Assembly: GCA_010356995.1 (NCBI GenBank)
Contig: ML996687.1
Location: 1,427,803 to 1,491,802, forward strand
Source: Trichodelitschia bisporula
Taxonomy: Eukaryota
Direction of reading: 5' to 3'
Length of the DNA: 64,000 nt
Within the stretch, counting starts at the first letter, position 1. Each line of letters begins with the position of its first letter. This document shows positions 1-12,070 of this stretch, in pieces. A program made the translations under genes and the position numbers. The notes under the pieces were generated by a model. That model was not told the DNA's origin and ran no database searches. It was given only the letters and a program-made list of their open reading frames with translations.

Positions 1-2750
1 TTAATCAACACCTCCTCAGCCGCTCCACGACGCGGCCGCTTCGCCCCCTCTTCATCATCCGCATCAAGAATGGCCTCGAGCATGTAAATCGCCGTACGAT
101 ATGACAATTCTCCACCCTCGAGATCCTCATTCATGAGCTCATTCACCGCCGCACTCCGGCTCATCTCCAAAGCGCGATCATACATCAGCTTCTCCGCCGT
201 GACTCCCGTCGTCAAGTTGATATTCTCCGCACTGCCCGCGCCACTAGCACTCCCAACGCTCAGTGCCGCACTCGACCCACTCGCCGCCCCGTTCGGATGA
301 TTGCTCGGATGGCCCGGGTGGTCCAGCGGGAGGCGCTTCTGTGCCGCAACCAGCCGACGGCCGACAAAATCGCTCTTCTCGAGGCAGTCATTGAAGCGAT
401 TGCGCGACCACTGCACAATGCTATTGATCTTCGGCGCGACGCTGGCGGCGCCGCTACGCGCGGGTAGTGAGCGCGGCGCGGCACCGAGGACTTCGCCGCG
501 GTTCTTGTGGCCCCACCAGGCGCCTGCGACGTCGATGATTTTGGCTAATATGGCGAGGGACTTGACATATAGTACGAGCGCTTCTTCTGCGATCGTGACA
601 ACCATGTCGACGGTGAGATCATCTTCCTCGCCTTCTTCCGAGCCTGCTGGATCGGCATCCGATGCGATGCGCTTGGCGCCACCGATGCCGAGACCCGCCG
701 GCCGCGAGGGGATGAGTTGCTGGTATTTGACTTCGGCGAAGCCCCAGACTACGTCACTCCGGGTAGCCAAGTCCTCGATCACCATCGCGGTACGTGAATC
801 TTCGTCACGTGATTCGAGGGTACGGCCGCCGTCTCCGATCATGAGAATACTGCTCTGAGCCGCAGTCGGATACGTAGGAAAGGCGCCATATCCCTGAGGA
901 GGCGAGAGACCCTTGCCGGACGGCGGAGAGAAGCCCATCCCAAAGAGACGGAAGTTGGCCATGTTCAAAGCTTTGCTGATAGCGGACGTGGCCGACGTTG
1001 GGCTCTTACCATACCGCCGGTCGTACGAGCCACCACGCTGGTGTAGAGGTGTCTGCCGAGGAGCAATCTGGACAGCGCGGGTTTGACTCTGGGGCGCAGT
1101 GGTAGAAAGCGGTATGCCCTGTGCGGTGGCGCGACGAATCATGGCCCCCGTCTGTGCAGATGAAGGCGGTTCCCGGTACGCTCCATGGATCTGAGGCGAG
1201 TGAGCCAGCTCATCGGCAAAGGCATTCACTTCTACCTGGCGCTTCTCGACCAACACGTACTCCTGGTCCAGGACATCCTGGGCGGCACGGTTACGGGCTT
1301 CCCGCCGAGCGGTATCGTCACGGTCGCCTTTCTCCTTTAGCACCGAGGAAGAAGGCGACTTGCGGCGGCTGCCAGCGCGCTCCATGGCAACGGGGCGTTC
1401 CTGTTGGCGTGCTGGGGCCGTGGCAACTGAGGGCAGTGTGGGGCGGCGCTCAAGACGCGTTTGCATCTCGTCCGCGGGAAGGGAAGTAGTCCGGTCGACA
1501 GGAGGTGTTTTCGAGACGGTTGTCATCTGGCGGGAGGAAGGCCGCGATGTGGGAGTTCTACGGTCCGCTTCATCGTCCTGTGAATGATCCGACGGACGAG
1601 GCTTATTCCGAGACGCAAGATTGTACTGCAGAGTGGGCTCGGCTGGCCGGTCCTCGCCGACCAGTCCCGGAATGTCGTCCCGCATAACCGCATGTTCGAA
1701 GAAAGATTCGTAGGATATCCGCTCTGCCGGGTTCTTCTTGAGCAGGGCGCGGATGAGCTTCTTCATGCCATCGCTGATGACAAGCCCTTCCACGAACTTT
1801 ATCCTGTCCTCGTTCTTTTCTATCCGCCGGAGAAGCTCGATGTGATTGTTAGCGCGGAATGGCGGCTTCCCGACCATCATCTCGTGGAGGACAGTCCCGA
1901 CGGACCACAGATCGGCCTTTGCATCGTACTTCTCGTAGCGGAGGATCTCCGGAGCCATGTACAGCGGTGATCCGCACAGCGTCTCAGCAAGTGCTAAGCT
2001 GGGCAAGAAACGGGCGAATCCGAAGTCAGCAATCTTCAGCATCGGCAGCGACGGGATTCCGGCCGGCGGCTCCGTGGTTGAATCATCCACCATGACGGGC
2101 GTCCGGTCGGCCTTGTGCTTCTCGTACCACAGCCGGGATGGCACCAGAAGCAGATTTTGAGGTTTGATGTCACGATGCAGGAAGCTACGGGAGCGGATCC
2201 ACTGTAGGGCGCTGGCGATCTGCTTGAGAAAGTGACGTACCACGACTTCGTTGAGGCCGCCGACTTCAGGATTAGGGTATTTAACAAGCATATCCTTTGT
2301 CGCCTCGTGGTCTTTGAGCGTGGAGCGCTTCTTGATGAAGTTGGAAAGGTCTCCAAGCTCGCAGTATTCCATGACAAGGTGTACCTGCGTCGGGCCCTCC
2401 CGGCAGTCGAACAAGGCCACAATATGGGGGTGATGCAGAGACCTGAGGATCTTGACCTCTGCATCTAGGTTGTCCTTGAGCTTCTTGCTCAGCTTCGTGA
2501 CGTTTACGGATTTGATGGCGACGAGGGAGCCATGGCTCTGAAGACGGTCAGTCATACGGCCGGCGTTGGCGGTGAGAGCAGCAGCAGCGGCCTCGCCACC
2601 AGCAACACTCACGCTGTGAACACCGCGGAACACGCTGGCGAAGCTGCCCTTCCCGATTTCATTTAATCGCCTATAGTCTCCGATTATGACAGCGGGTTCG
2701 GCCGGGGGTGGCGGACGTCGCAGCGACGACGAGGGCGTACGAGACTCCAT
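1..2750 (-). CDS. ATG1: Autophagy serine/threonine protein kinase Atg1 (3' end runs off the window)
   Basis: ATG at 2750. Exon 1 encodes IGKGSFASV; intron 2612-2538 (GTGAGT..CTGAC..CAG); then VAIK, HRDIKPQN, DFG, CGSPLYMAPE. Near base 1 the C-terminal region reads EKLMYDRALEMSRSAAVNEL, typical of fungal Atg1. Absent from the ORF track because there is no stop inside the window. Confidence 0.95.
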   Translation of the reverse strand, partial: MESRTPSSSLRRPPPPAEPAVIIGDYRRLNEIGKGSFASVFRGVHSVSVAGGEAAAAALTANAGRMTDRLQSHGSLVAIKSVNVTKLSKKLKDNLDAEVKILRSLHHPHIVALFDCREGPTQVHLVMEYCELGDLSNFIKKRSTLKDHEATKDMLVKYPNPEVGGLNEVVVRHFLKQIASALQWIRSRSFLHRDIKPQNLLLVPSRLWYEKHKADRTPVMVDDSTTEPPAGIPSLPMLKIADFGFARFLPSLALAETLCGSPLYMAPEILRYEKYDAKADLWSVGTVLHEMMVGKPPFRANNHIELLRRIEKNEDRIKFVEGLVISDGMKKLIRALLKKNPAERISYESFFEHAVMRDDIPGLVGEDRPAEPTLQYNLASRNKPRPSDHSQDDEADRRTPTSRPSSRQMTTVSKTPPVDRTTSLPADEMQTRLERRPTLPSVATAPARQQERPVAMERAGSRRKSPSSSVLKEKGDRDDTARREARNRAAQDVLDQEYVLVEKRQVEVNAFADELAHSPQIHGAYREPPSSAQTGAMIRRATAQGIPLSTTAPQSQTRAVQIAPRQTPLHQRGGSYDRRYGKSPTSATSAISKALNMANFRLFGMGFSPPSGKGLSPPQGYGAFPTYPTAAQSSILMIGDGGRTLESRDEDSRTAMVIEDLATRSDVVWGFAEVKYQQLIPSRPAGLGIGGAKRIASDADPAGSEEGEEDDLTVDMVVTIAEEALVLYVKSLAILAKIIDVAGAWWGHKNRGEVLGAAPRSLPARSGAASVAPKINSIVQWSRNRFNDCLEKSDFVGRRLVAAQKRLPLDHPGHPSNHPNGAASGSSAALSVGSASGAGSAENINLTTGVTAEKLMYDRALEMSRSAAVNELMNEDLEGGELSYRTAIYMLEAILDADDEEGAKRPRRGAAEEVLI

Positions 2751-5235
2751 TGTAGCGTGTGCCTCCCTCTCTCAGCTTCTCCCTCCTCGTCTACCAGCGA
2801 AATTGCGGATACAGCGACGGAGTGAGAGTGTTGCACATCGGCTGGGGAAGTATGGAGGCGGTGTGGGGAGTGCAAGGTGGTTGTTGGGGGGAGGAGGTGT
2901 GGAGGTTATGGTCGTGTGGAGTGGAGTGGAGTGGAGGTGAAGCTGGGGGGTGGCGGGAGCTACAACCACGGACTACGGGCTCATGCGCGAGCTTGGTGAG
3001 TTGTCGACGCCGGAGGTGCAGCTACTGCTACTCGAGCCGCAGGTCAAGGCAACGAATGACCGAGGACACAAAGGAAGGATACGTGGGAGGGCGATTGAGG
3101 AGTGCCTGTGCCTGCAGTCGGAGGTGAATGGGTTAGGATGAGAGGTCGGCGGGGCGGAGATGGATGAGAGAGGGGAGGGTTGAATGTGGTTGGGGTTGCT
3201 GGGGGGTTGGTGGATGATGAGGGGTGCTCAAGAGATGGAGTGCTAGATGGAGGGGAGACAGTCCAGGGTCAAGAGTACAGCTGTAGCCAGGGAAGAAGAG
3301 CAACAAGAGAGGAAAGAGAAGAGGAGGATAGGTTCGCCCGGTTCTTGTTGCTTTCGAAGAAAAGAGGTTATGGTTGATGGAAGAGTGTGTGAACGTGGAG
3401 ACTTTCGACGAAAGAACTGAGGACCCGCTGGCTGACTCTCTCACTCACCACTTCGCACTGTCACCGTTCGCTCGCTGAGCTCTGGCTGATAACTGGATAA
3501 AGCGCCACCCCATTCGCGATAGGCGGTCTAGGGCCGTTTTGGGGAGATGGATGACTGTAGTTGACTGGAGACACTCGTTAAAAACGTCCCAAACCAGGAC
3601 GAAGGCTGCCTAATGCAGGGCAATTACTGCGTACTCGGGGAGTCACTGGATCTACCTCGTAGGGTAGAACTAGGGTGTCTTGCACGAGGAGCAACAGGAT
3701 GATTGACGAGATGCTGACCTGAACCTCCCTAGCCACGCGTGCGTTGCAGCTGTTTCTTGACTAAAATGCAAGCCACGAAGCGACATCAGCTGCCAGATCC
3801 ATTGGAAGAAGAAAATGGAAAATGGGAATAGCGGCATAGCGGCATAGCGGCATCAAGTGAGCCGTCGACACCTGCAACCCCGTGAGGCTCATTGCAAACG
3901 GGGAGGCGGAAGAGGAGAAAAGGCTCAACCATAACCACAACCCCATCCCATCACCACCCATCACCACAAGCCGCCACTCACACAGCCGACAACCGGCAGC
4001 CTCCCTCGCACAGCATAAAGATTGAAAGGTGCCGTAAGAGACAAACTCATGAAGCCCATGGGTAAGATGCCCACACCTCCCCGCCCTCCACCACCACCAG
4101 CACCCCGTGCCCGGCATCCCAACCATCTCGCACCAACGAACCCCCAGCACATCACGCGTGTCCCCCCCACGAATCAGCCCTCAGCAACGCATCTGAAACG
4201 CCCATCCATTCGACGCAGCACCGCAGCCGCGCATCGCGGTATCGCTGTCCCCTCCAGGCCCCCGCAGGCCGCAGTCCACAGTGTCCGCCTGTTCCTCTCT
4301 CACCCACCGGTAAAAATGAGCCTTCGTAATATACGCCCCACCCCTCTTCGTATCACCATCCCCTCTACTCCCCGCCCTGCCATCACCAAAACGGCCCGCC
4401 CACCCCCGCAAGCTGCGATAGGCGGGAGCCCCGCGGCATCGCGCCAGGCTAACCCATAATCGCCAGCCCAACCGCAACACCAGCGTTGCACTGCAAGGTT
4501 GGCGATAGCCTTGATAACAGGAGCTTGCTCCGCGGCCTTACTCTACGGCCTCGAGCTTGCTTTCGCTGATAGCTCCGCATGGCACAACCCCAGCTCAACC
4601 ACCGGTCTCGCTGCCAGCACCAGCCACCCGCACCGCCAATCCCGATACAGCCCGGCGATCACCACGGCTGACAATGCACGCCGCGCTTGAGGCCACGCCG
4701 GGAGGAGCACGTTTCACACCCGATTAGACGCTCTGTGCCCCGGCTGGGAGATAGCAGATCGCGAATAGCGCCGCGGCATTACAGTGCTAGTAACGTGTGG
4801 GAATGCATCCGTACTACGGTACACAATAGCATATAGCACCGCCTTAGGGCACCGGCGGAGCATCCTCCGCTGACCGATGTGGCTTTTTGTACGTACACCA
4901 GCTGCCCGTCCGTCCACGATACTGATCGTCCATCGATGAGAGGCGCGCGGCAAGCAAGCCTCGTCGTCACGCGCCGAGGCTCCGGCTGAGAGGGCAGAGC
5001 CTCATTCCCTGATTTAAGGCGAGGTCGCAGTCTGGGAATACTGGGTTGGCGGAGTGAAATGAGGCGTAAGGCCATGGGATTCGCGCCGCTTGGCCTCATA
5101 CGGGTATCGGCGAATGTGATCTCGCCGTGCGGCCGATGGAAATAAGAACCGTCAGATGAAAGGAATGAAGGCACGAGGAACGCGCAAGGCGCGCAGACCA
5201 TCAGCCTGCGCATCACCCTCCGTTCCTGAGACACA

Positions 5236-5336
5236 TCAAGGGCTGATCGAAAAAGTCACGTCCACCCCGGCGACATGACCGCTGCCAAATTTTGGTGAAG
5301 GTAGGACCTGACTTTTTCGGGTACCGTAGCCCTTGA
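5236..5336. mobile_element. Palindromic ~100-bp dispersed element (MITE-like), copy 1
   Basis: Arms TCAAGGGCT..GAAAAAGTCA..GTCC and GGAC..TGACTTTTTC..AGCCCTTGA are complementary. Aligns, including the central loop, with 30539-30635 and 59897-59984. Mobility is inferred. Confidence 0.75.
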
Positions 5337-5805
5337 CCCTCTCACAAAGCAAAAGGCAACCTCCCACGCGCGCCCTTCCAAAGACTCCGCGAACACCACC
5401 CGCTCGCCGCATTGCGTGCTCAATTCCCCCCCCATCGCATTATCAGGTACACGTACCAACGCACGTTGCGTACTACGTAACATACTGTGGTATGGTGTCG
5501 GCCGTTCCAAGCAAGCACACACCATAGCGACAGCCTATGACGCAACCGAGCCTCCGTTCCTGACGCGGCCCCAGCTGGCGAGCGGAAGCGGCTGCTGCAG
5601 GGCCCGCAGGTGCAGCGCGTGGGGCGGCGCGCGCTTCCCAGCCGCGCGCTAAATACGAGGCGTAACTCACCACGTAGGACCAGACTTGTGGTTATCACGA
5701 CCATAGGGTTCGAGTCCTGACTAAGGAAGCTCTCTCGGGTATTCCATAGCATTACGGCGCCATGCAGCGCATTGATATCGTCCTCTCCACCCCCACCACG
5801 GCCAC

Positions 5806-8585
5806 CTACACCCTCACCCCCCTAACCAACAACCACAACACAACCGGCACGACAACATTATCATTCCCCCCCGTAAGCACCGCCTCCATGAAACTCGCTC
5901 CACACGCCGCAACCCCCATCCTCCCTAGAACACCCAACCCAGACTTCCCCTCCTCCACCCATCCTCCCGCCCTAACCCACCACCACCCCGCCCCCAGCCC
6001 GATCACCACAGCCAGAGCAAACGCCGCACTCCCCTCAAGACTCTTCCCCCCCACCCAAGGCCACTTCCTCCGTCCCACGCGGCGGCCCACAAGACTCGCC
6101 GCCGCATCGCCCAAGCCCACGCACACCACGCCCGCTATCAACCCAAGATCCCTCCCCCTAACCTCCCATTCATCCCACGCCCCCTCCCCCACACCCCATT
6201 CCCGTCCCGCGAGCGAAAGCCAGACAGGCACCGCACACCCAACCAGCAAAAAAATATGACTCACAACCACCGGCCCCCTCCAGTCCCGGCCATCCGTATA
6301 CGGCGCCAGGAAGCGGGCGAGGGGCTTCGCGATCGGCGGGAGCGTGCTGGCACGGAGCAAATCGAGCAGTAGGAAAAGCACCAGCACGGCCCCAAGCGCC
6401 AAGCTCACGAACGCAGGGTCGATATAAGTGGTGGGGAGTAGCAGCGCAACAACCGTCCCATGGAACACCTTCCTCCTCGTATCAACCTCCACACGGGACG
6501 CGAGGCGCGTCACAATCCCCAGTGCCGCCGCGACAACGAGTATAAAATACCCACACATCCACAAGCGCGTCGTCCCCGCCCCGATCTCCTGACGGTACTG
6601 CTCGACCCACCCCCCCTCAACCTGCGTCTCCGCGTCCGGCAAAGGCGGCAAGGCGATCCACCCCCTAAGCCCGTGGTTAAACACCCAGAACCTGAACCCC
6701 CGGATATTGCCCAGAAAATACCCGATGAGCCAGCCGATCGGCTCGGCCCCACCCAGCGCACTCCTTTGAATAACCCATCTCGCCGGGCCGAGCGCAATAA
6801 GTCCCATGACCGCGTACACGTACACCGCGTACAGTACTTTCCTCCGCGTCGCTTGCGCGGGCGTAAGCACCAGGAGCGGGTTACCGCGGCGCCGCCGGCC
6901 CGTGCCCTCTTTCCCTTCCACGCGCACAGCCCCGGACGCGGGCATCGTGTGCCGCCTCCGTCTGCCCCCTGGGCCCTCGCCAAACACCGGCGGCAGCGCA
7001 TGCATGATCTCACTCCCCAGTCTACGCAGACTGGGCCTTGGCCTCCTCCGGCCCTCTTCGTCGTCGTCCGCGTCACTCTCCACGACCGGGCGCTTGCTCG
7101 GGCCCGTGCTGGCACGCGCGCGCCGGACGCCGTTCGCTAGCACGGCGAGGAAGAGTTGTCGCAGCCGCACCACTTGGCCTGCGCGGCGGAAGCGCCAGCG
7201 CGGAATGCGGGAGAGGGCGACGGCGGCGTGGAGCGCGGGCCCGGCGAGCAGGGTGAGGAGTAGGGCGGCGGGGATGAGGAGAGTGCTTAGGATGGTCGTT
7301 GGGGGGGTTGTAGCGAAGAGGGTAAGGTTAATGAGGGCGGTGGAGGTGAGGGCGAGTTCGGCGGGGAGGAGCGAAGTTGATGTTAGGGAGTGGAGGAAGG
7401 GGGTTAAAGAGGCGTGGAGGGGGTGGAGGAGGGTTAGGGTTTCGAGTGAGGGAGATGTGGGTGGTGTTTTAAGGGCATAAGGTGTTGGAGCGGAGATTTT
7501 GCTGAAGGTGTCGGTGTGAGCGGAGAGGATGGCTGGGAGGGTTGAGAGGAGCCAGTGTAGGTAGTAGCTTCCGTTCGCTGAATTCCAGGACCCGGGGATG
7601 AGTGCCGGTGGCAGTGCTGCGAGGCCGAGCACTATGTTCGCGAGGAGCGGTTCGGGGAATGTCCGGTGCAGCGAGAGCGCGACGAAGATGGGTAGGCAGA
7701 GCGGGTATATCAACGGCGCAGGATCAAAGACCGCAGGGACACGGATCGCGGCGCTCAGTCTCCTCGCTGCAGTACGCTTCCACGCATACGCAACCAAGCG
7801 AACGGGATATAGGAGACATAGCCCGACAACAATAGCGCCCGCGATGCGCAGCTCTGCTACACCGGTCAGCCCCTTCAACCCCAGATACGAAAGCACATAC
7901 CTCTCCCCCAAACCCCAACCCCCGCCTCGCGCACAACCAACCCGCCCACAAACCCCACAAGCGCAACCTCACACAGCCTCCGCACAACCTCCGCCCTCCG
8001 CCGCACCCTCCACCTTTCCTCCCCTTCATCCTCACTCAACGCCGTCGGCGTAAGCAGTGGGCTGACCCCTGTCCCAACGCCCTTCCCCGCATCTTGCGCA
8101 TCCCTCAGCCCCTTCCTCGGCCGCATAGCCGGCGCCGGGAGTGCGCGCACCAAACCCGTAAAACTATGTGCCGACCCGGGGCCAGAGGCATACCCTTGCG
8201 CACACGCCGACGCATACCCCGAGCCATAACCTCCAGGATTCAAATCGAAGCTCTCGTCATCCGCCTCCGTGCCCGATTCGCTAGGACTAAGCGCGCGTGT
8301 GCGGGTTGTGGGTAGTGGAGAGGGTTGGGGGCGCGAAGTGGGGAGGGTGAGGCGCTCGCCGTGCTTGCGGCGGTGGTAGAGCTGGGGTTTGCGGTCGGGG
8401 AGCGGAGTAGGGTCGGAGGACGTTGCCGGGGCGGGATATGCTGGATCTGCTTCCATCGTTGTAGCTTTTTGATGTCCTCTGGTCGTGAGTTCTGTATTCG
8501 GCGCGTTGCCTGCGTCCATGGCGGTGGAGGTGCCTTCAGCAAGGTCCCCTTGTGCATTCGAAGTGGGTAGCTGCGGCGGGACCAT
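5806..8585 (-). CDS. SEC59: Dolichol kinase (CTP transferase family)
   Basis: Multi-TM ORF with DTRRKVFHG, HIFLLVGCAVP, GDAAASLVGR, KSLEGS and DNVVVP. The N-terminal exon (SESGTEADDE) joins via intron 7900-7854 (GTATGT..CTGAC..CAG; a TAG acceptor 3 nt earlier is also in frame). Start codon uncertain. Confidence 0.9.
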
Positions 8586-9022
8586 TGCGCGCGGGCATTT
8601 CGCGTTCTGAGAGGATTGGTCGGGTGGTGTGATGTGTACGGATGTAGTGAGAGTTGAAAGAAAGTGTTTGCTGTTGCCGTGCAATGTAGTTCTTCACATG
8701 TGCTGATCTCGGGATCTGTCTCCTTGCTGGCATTCGTTGGGCGGGCGTTAAAAGTTCAAGCCACAGTGGCCCCGACCCTGGATGCTCAGCCCTGTGGAGC
8801 CGGGAGCGGTGACGTACTCGTAGGCATTGGGGGAAGCTCGGGCTAGCTTAGCAGAGCTAAAAAGACCAAAAGCGAACAAACCAAGAGCAGCAATAAATTG
8901 GCACATGCAGCAAGAAAGGGCGCATCAGAAGAGATCTTTTCACAAGAACGGTGGTATTTTGTACGGAGCGTCTATACACAGCTCGGCAGAGCTAATATAG
9001 GCACAATCCCCTAGCACAGCAT

Positions 9023-12000
9023 CTACTCCAGATACCCCTTCTTCTTCAACCACTGCTTCAAATCCTCCCCATCCCGCTCCACCCACTGCGACTTTGCGCG
9101 AATAGCATCCAAGCTCTGTGCCAAGCTCTGATCAAAGCCCTTCGTGCTACGCTCATTAAAGAACGCCTTGATCTGGTCAGAATGCTCGGGTCGCGTGAAC
9201 CCGCTCGTGCATAGCGATACCACCGTGCCCAGCATCGTCAGACCAGGGGGAAGCTTCTTCTCCAACGCCGCCCAGTTCTCCGTCATCCACTTCCATAGCG
9301 CCTCAATGCCCTCACGATGCGCTCGCAGTCCGCTCATCGGGAGGTAGATGTCCTGGCCCTTGACCTCGTCGCTCAGAGGCAGAGAGAGCGTGCGCTGGAT
9401 CAGCTCTGGGTCGTTAGCCCGGCCGATAGCGCGCAGCGCCGTGTTGCGCTCGTCGCTGGTGGCAGCAGTGCGGTACTCGTTGAGGATGACCTCGTACTAG
9501 GCAGTCGGTTAGCACAGCATTAGATACAAACTGAAGAAAACACATACCTCCTCCTTTCCGCCATGCGTCAGCGCAATGGCATACACGGAGCTCCGCAGGT
9601 TCGGATGGATAGCCGACTTGTCGCCCTTTTTAAGACCCGCAAACATGTCAAACGCCGCCTTCTTGACGGTCTCGTCACCCGCCAACCCGGCGTGGACGAA
9701 CAGCAGAGACTTGAACTGCTGCTCAATATGGCCATCCGACTCCTTGAACGTCCAGCCCAGCTCGTGCACCTTAGCACTGCTGAGGTCCAGCTGGAACTTA
9801 CGCAGCGCTGCCTTGATCTTTGGGTCCTCGAAGTACCATGCACTGCGCACCGCGGACACACGGCCAAGGACCTCATCCCAGACGACGTACTCAGGCTCCG
9901 AGGTGAAGCCCTCCAGTAGAGAGAGAATGCCTGAGGTTTTCTGGTAGCCTGAAGCCGCAAGCGCACCGGCATCAGCGATCATGCCGGCGCGGTCCTCCAC
10001 CGAAAGTAGGCCCTTCTTGGCCGCCTCGCCGAGCTTCTGCAGGCGCTCGGGGCTGTACGATGTGCGGTAAATACCAGCGTGATCGGCGTTGAGCTTGTAG
10101 AAGTCAAGGGGGACCTTGAAGCTGTCCTCACGCGTCGCGAGCGTCAGGTCCTCGTTGATACCATCCTTAGTGCGCAGGCCCAGGAAGACCGGAAACAGCG
10201 TCTCGTCCTCCTCGGGTTTGACGTCACCGGTACGCAGGAAGCGGTTCTGCTTAACGTGAATCGTCGAGTTCTTCTCGTCCTCTGTGACCGTCACGACGGG
10301 GTAGCCGACGTTCTTGGTCCAGACGTCCATGACCTCCTCGACATTCTTACCGCTAGCGTCACTCAGAGCGGCCCATAGATCACCCGTCTGCGTGTTGCCG
10401 AAGGCGTGCTTCTTCAAGTAGCGCCGAATGCCCTCCATGAATGTCTCCTCGCCAAGGTACTTAGAAATCATGCGCAGTACGCACGAACCCTTGGAGTATG
10501 AGATGGCGTCGAAAATCTGATTGATCTCGTCGGCGCGCTTGACCGGCACCTCAATCGGGTGGCTGCTACGCAGCGAGTCCAGTGCCAGGGCGCTCTGTAG
10601 GTTGTCCGTGACGTAGCCCTCCCAGACGCGCCACTCCGGGTAGAACTCGTTGCAGGAATACCACGACATCCAGGTTGCGAAGCCTTCGTTGAGCCACAGC
10701 CCATCCCAAAAGTCCATGGTGACCAGGTTACCGAACCACTGGTGCGCCAGCTCATGCTGCACCACCTCGGCAACGCGCTGCTTCGTGCTGGCGCCGCTGG
10801 TCTGCTCGTCAAACAGTAGGTCGACTACACGGTACGTAATGAGGCCCCAGTTCTCCATGGCACCCGCGCTGAAGTCTGGAATAGCTACCATGTCCATCTT
10901 AGGCAACGGGAACTCGCTGTTGAACTTTTTCTCGTAAAACTCAAGAGTGCGGGCCGCCAGGTCAAGCGAGAAGCGTCCATGCTCGATATCACGGTCGGGC
11001 GTCGCGTACACACGCACCGGCACGCGGAACGCATCCGTCTCGATGACGTTGAGCTCGCCGACGATGAAGGCAAGCAGGTACGTCGACATGAGAGGCGTCT
11101 CGCGGAATGTCACAGCCTTCTTGGTGCCAACCTCCTTCTCCTCGACGGCGTCCATGTTGCTCAGGCACGTTAGGCTTTTGTCGGCAATGAGCGTGATAGT
11201 GAATTTGGCCTTCAGCGCCGGCTCGTCGAAGCACGGGAAGGCGCGGCGCGCATCCGTCGGCTCCATTTGTGTCGTCGCCATATAACCCGTCGATCCGTCA
11301 GCCTTCTTGTACGACGACCGGTAGAAGCCCGCCATGCTGTCATTGAGAGTGCCGGTGAACTTTTGCACGAGCTTCGCCTTGGTACCCGCCGGGATGGTCT
11401 CAGCAAAGCTAATCTTCGTGGTCTGCGAATCCTTGTCGTAAGTCAGCGACGGCGAGGCCGAAACAACAGTATCCCCCGCATGGACGGCCGTGGAGTGGAT
11501 CTTAAGGCCGATTGAGTTGAGGGATATGGAGTTTGTATCTTCGACGACGTCGAGGCTAGGACATTAGCTAGGTCTCAAGCTAGGAGTATCACCATACTCA
11601 ATAACTACCTCGCCTTCGTACTCGAACGTCGACAGGTTCGGCTCCAGCGTCAGGTGGTAGTGCAACGGTTTAACGTTCTTGGGTAGCACCTCGCGGCCCA
11701 TGCTCACGTCCACGCTAGCCGCGGGAGCCTCGTCGATGTGGCGGCACATGGTGCGCTGGTACGAGCAAGCACGCGTGTGAATTTTTGGATTTAGGAGGTT
11801 GGTTTTGGCGCGGCGAGAGGTTGGAGGTTGAAGGGAGGAGGAGACGTTGGAGGGGGAGGACGGGTGGGGTACGCAGGGCACATATTCGCGGGTGCCCCAG
11901 TTAAGCGCCGACGCGGCTAAGGCGCGGGAGCGGGCGCTGAAATAATGGCGGCCAGTCGCCGCCCGTCCCACCAAACATGGCGATTGTCTTCGGCAAGCCG

Positions 12001-12070
12001 ACACAGGCAGGAGATTGAAGCCGCCTGCCGCATTGGCGACTGATCGCCTAGCCGGGGCGAAGAAGCGCAT
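9023..12070 (-). CDS. APE2: M1 family zinc aminopeptidase (Ape2/Aap1-like)
   Basis: GAMEN and HELAH..E motifs. Introns 11597-11556 (42 nt) and 9547-9497 (51 nt) restore the frame. Second in-frame ATG (MCRH..) at about 11749. Confidence 0.93.

Noticed and set aside
2950..5200. ORFs upstream of ATG1
   Set aside because: No recognisable motifs; compositionally biased intergenic sequence.
5687..5720. Opal/selenocysteine tRNA (loop centred on TCA)
   Set aside because: No U33, no variable arm, no acceptor or D stem.
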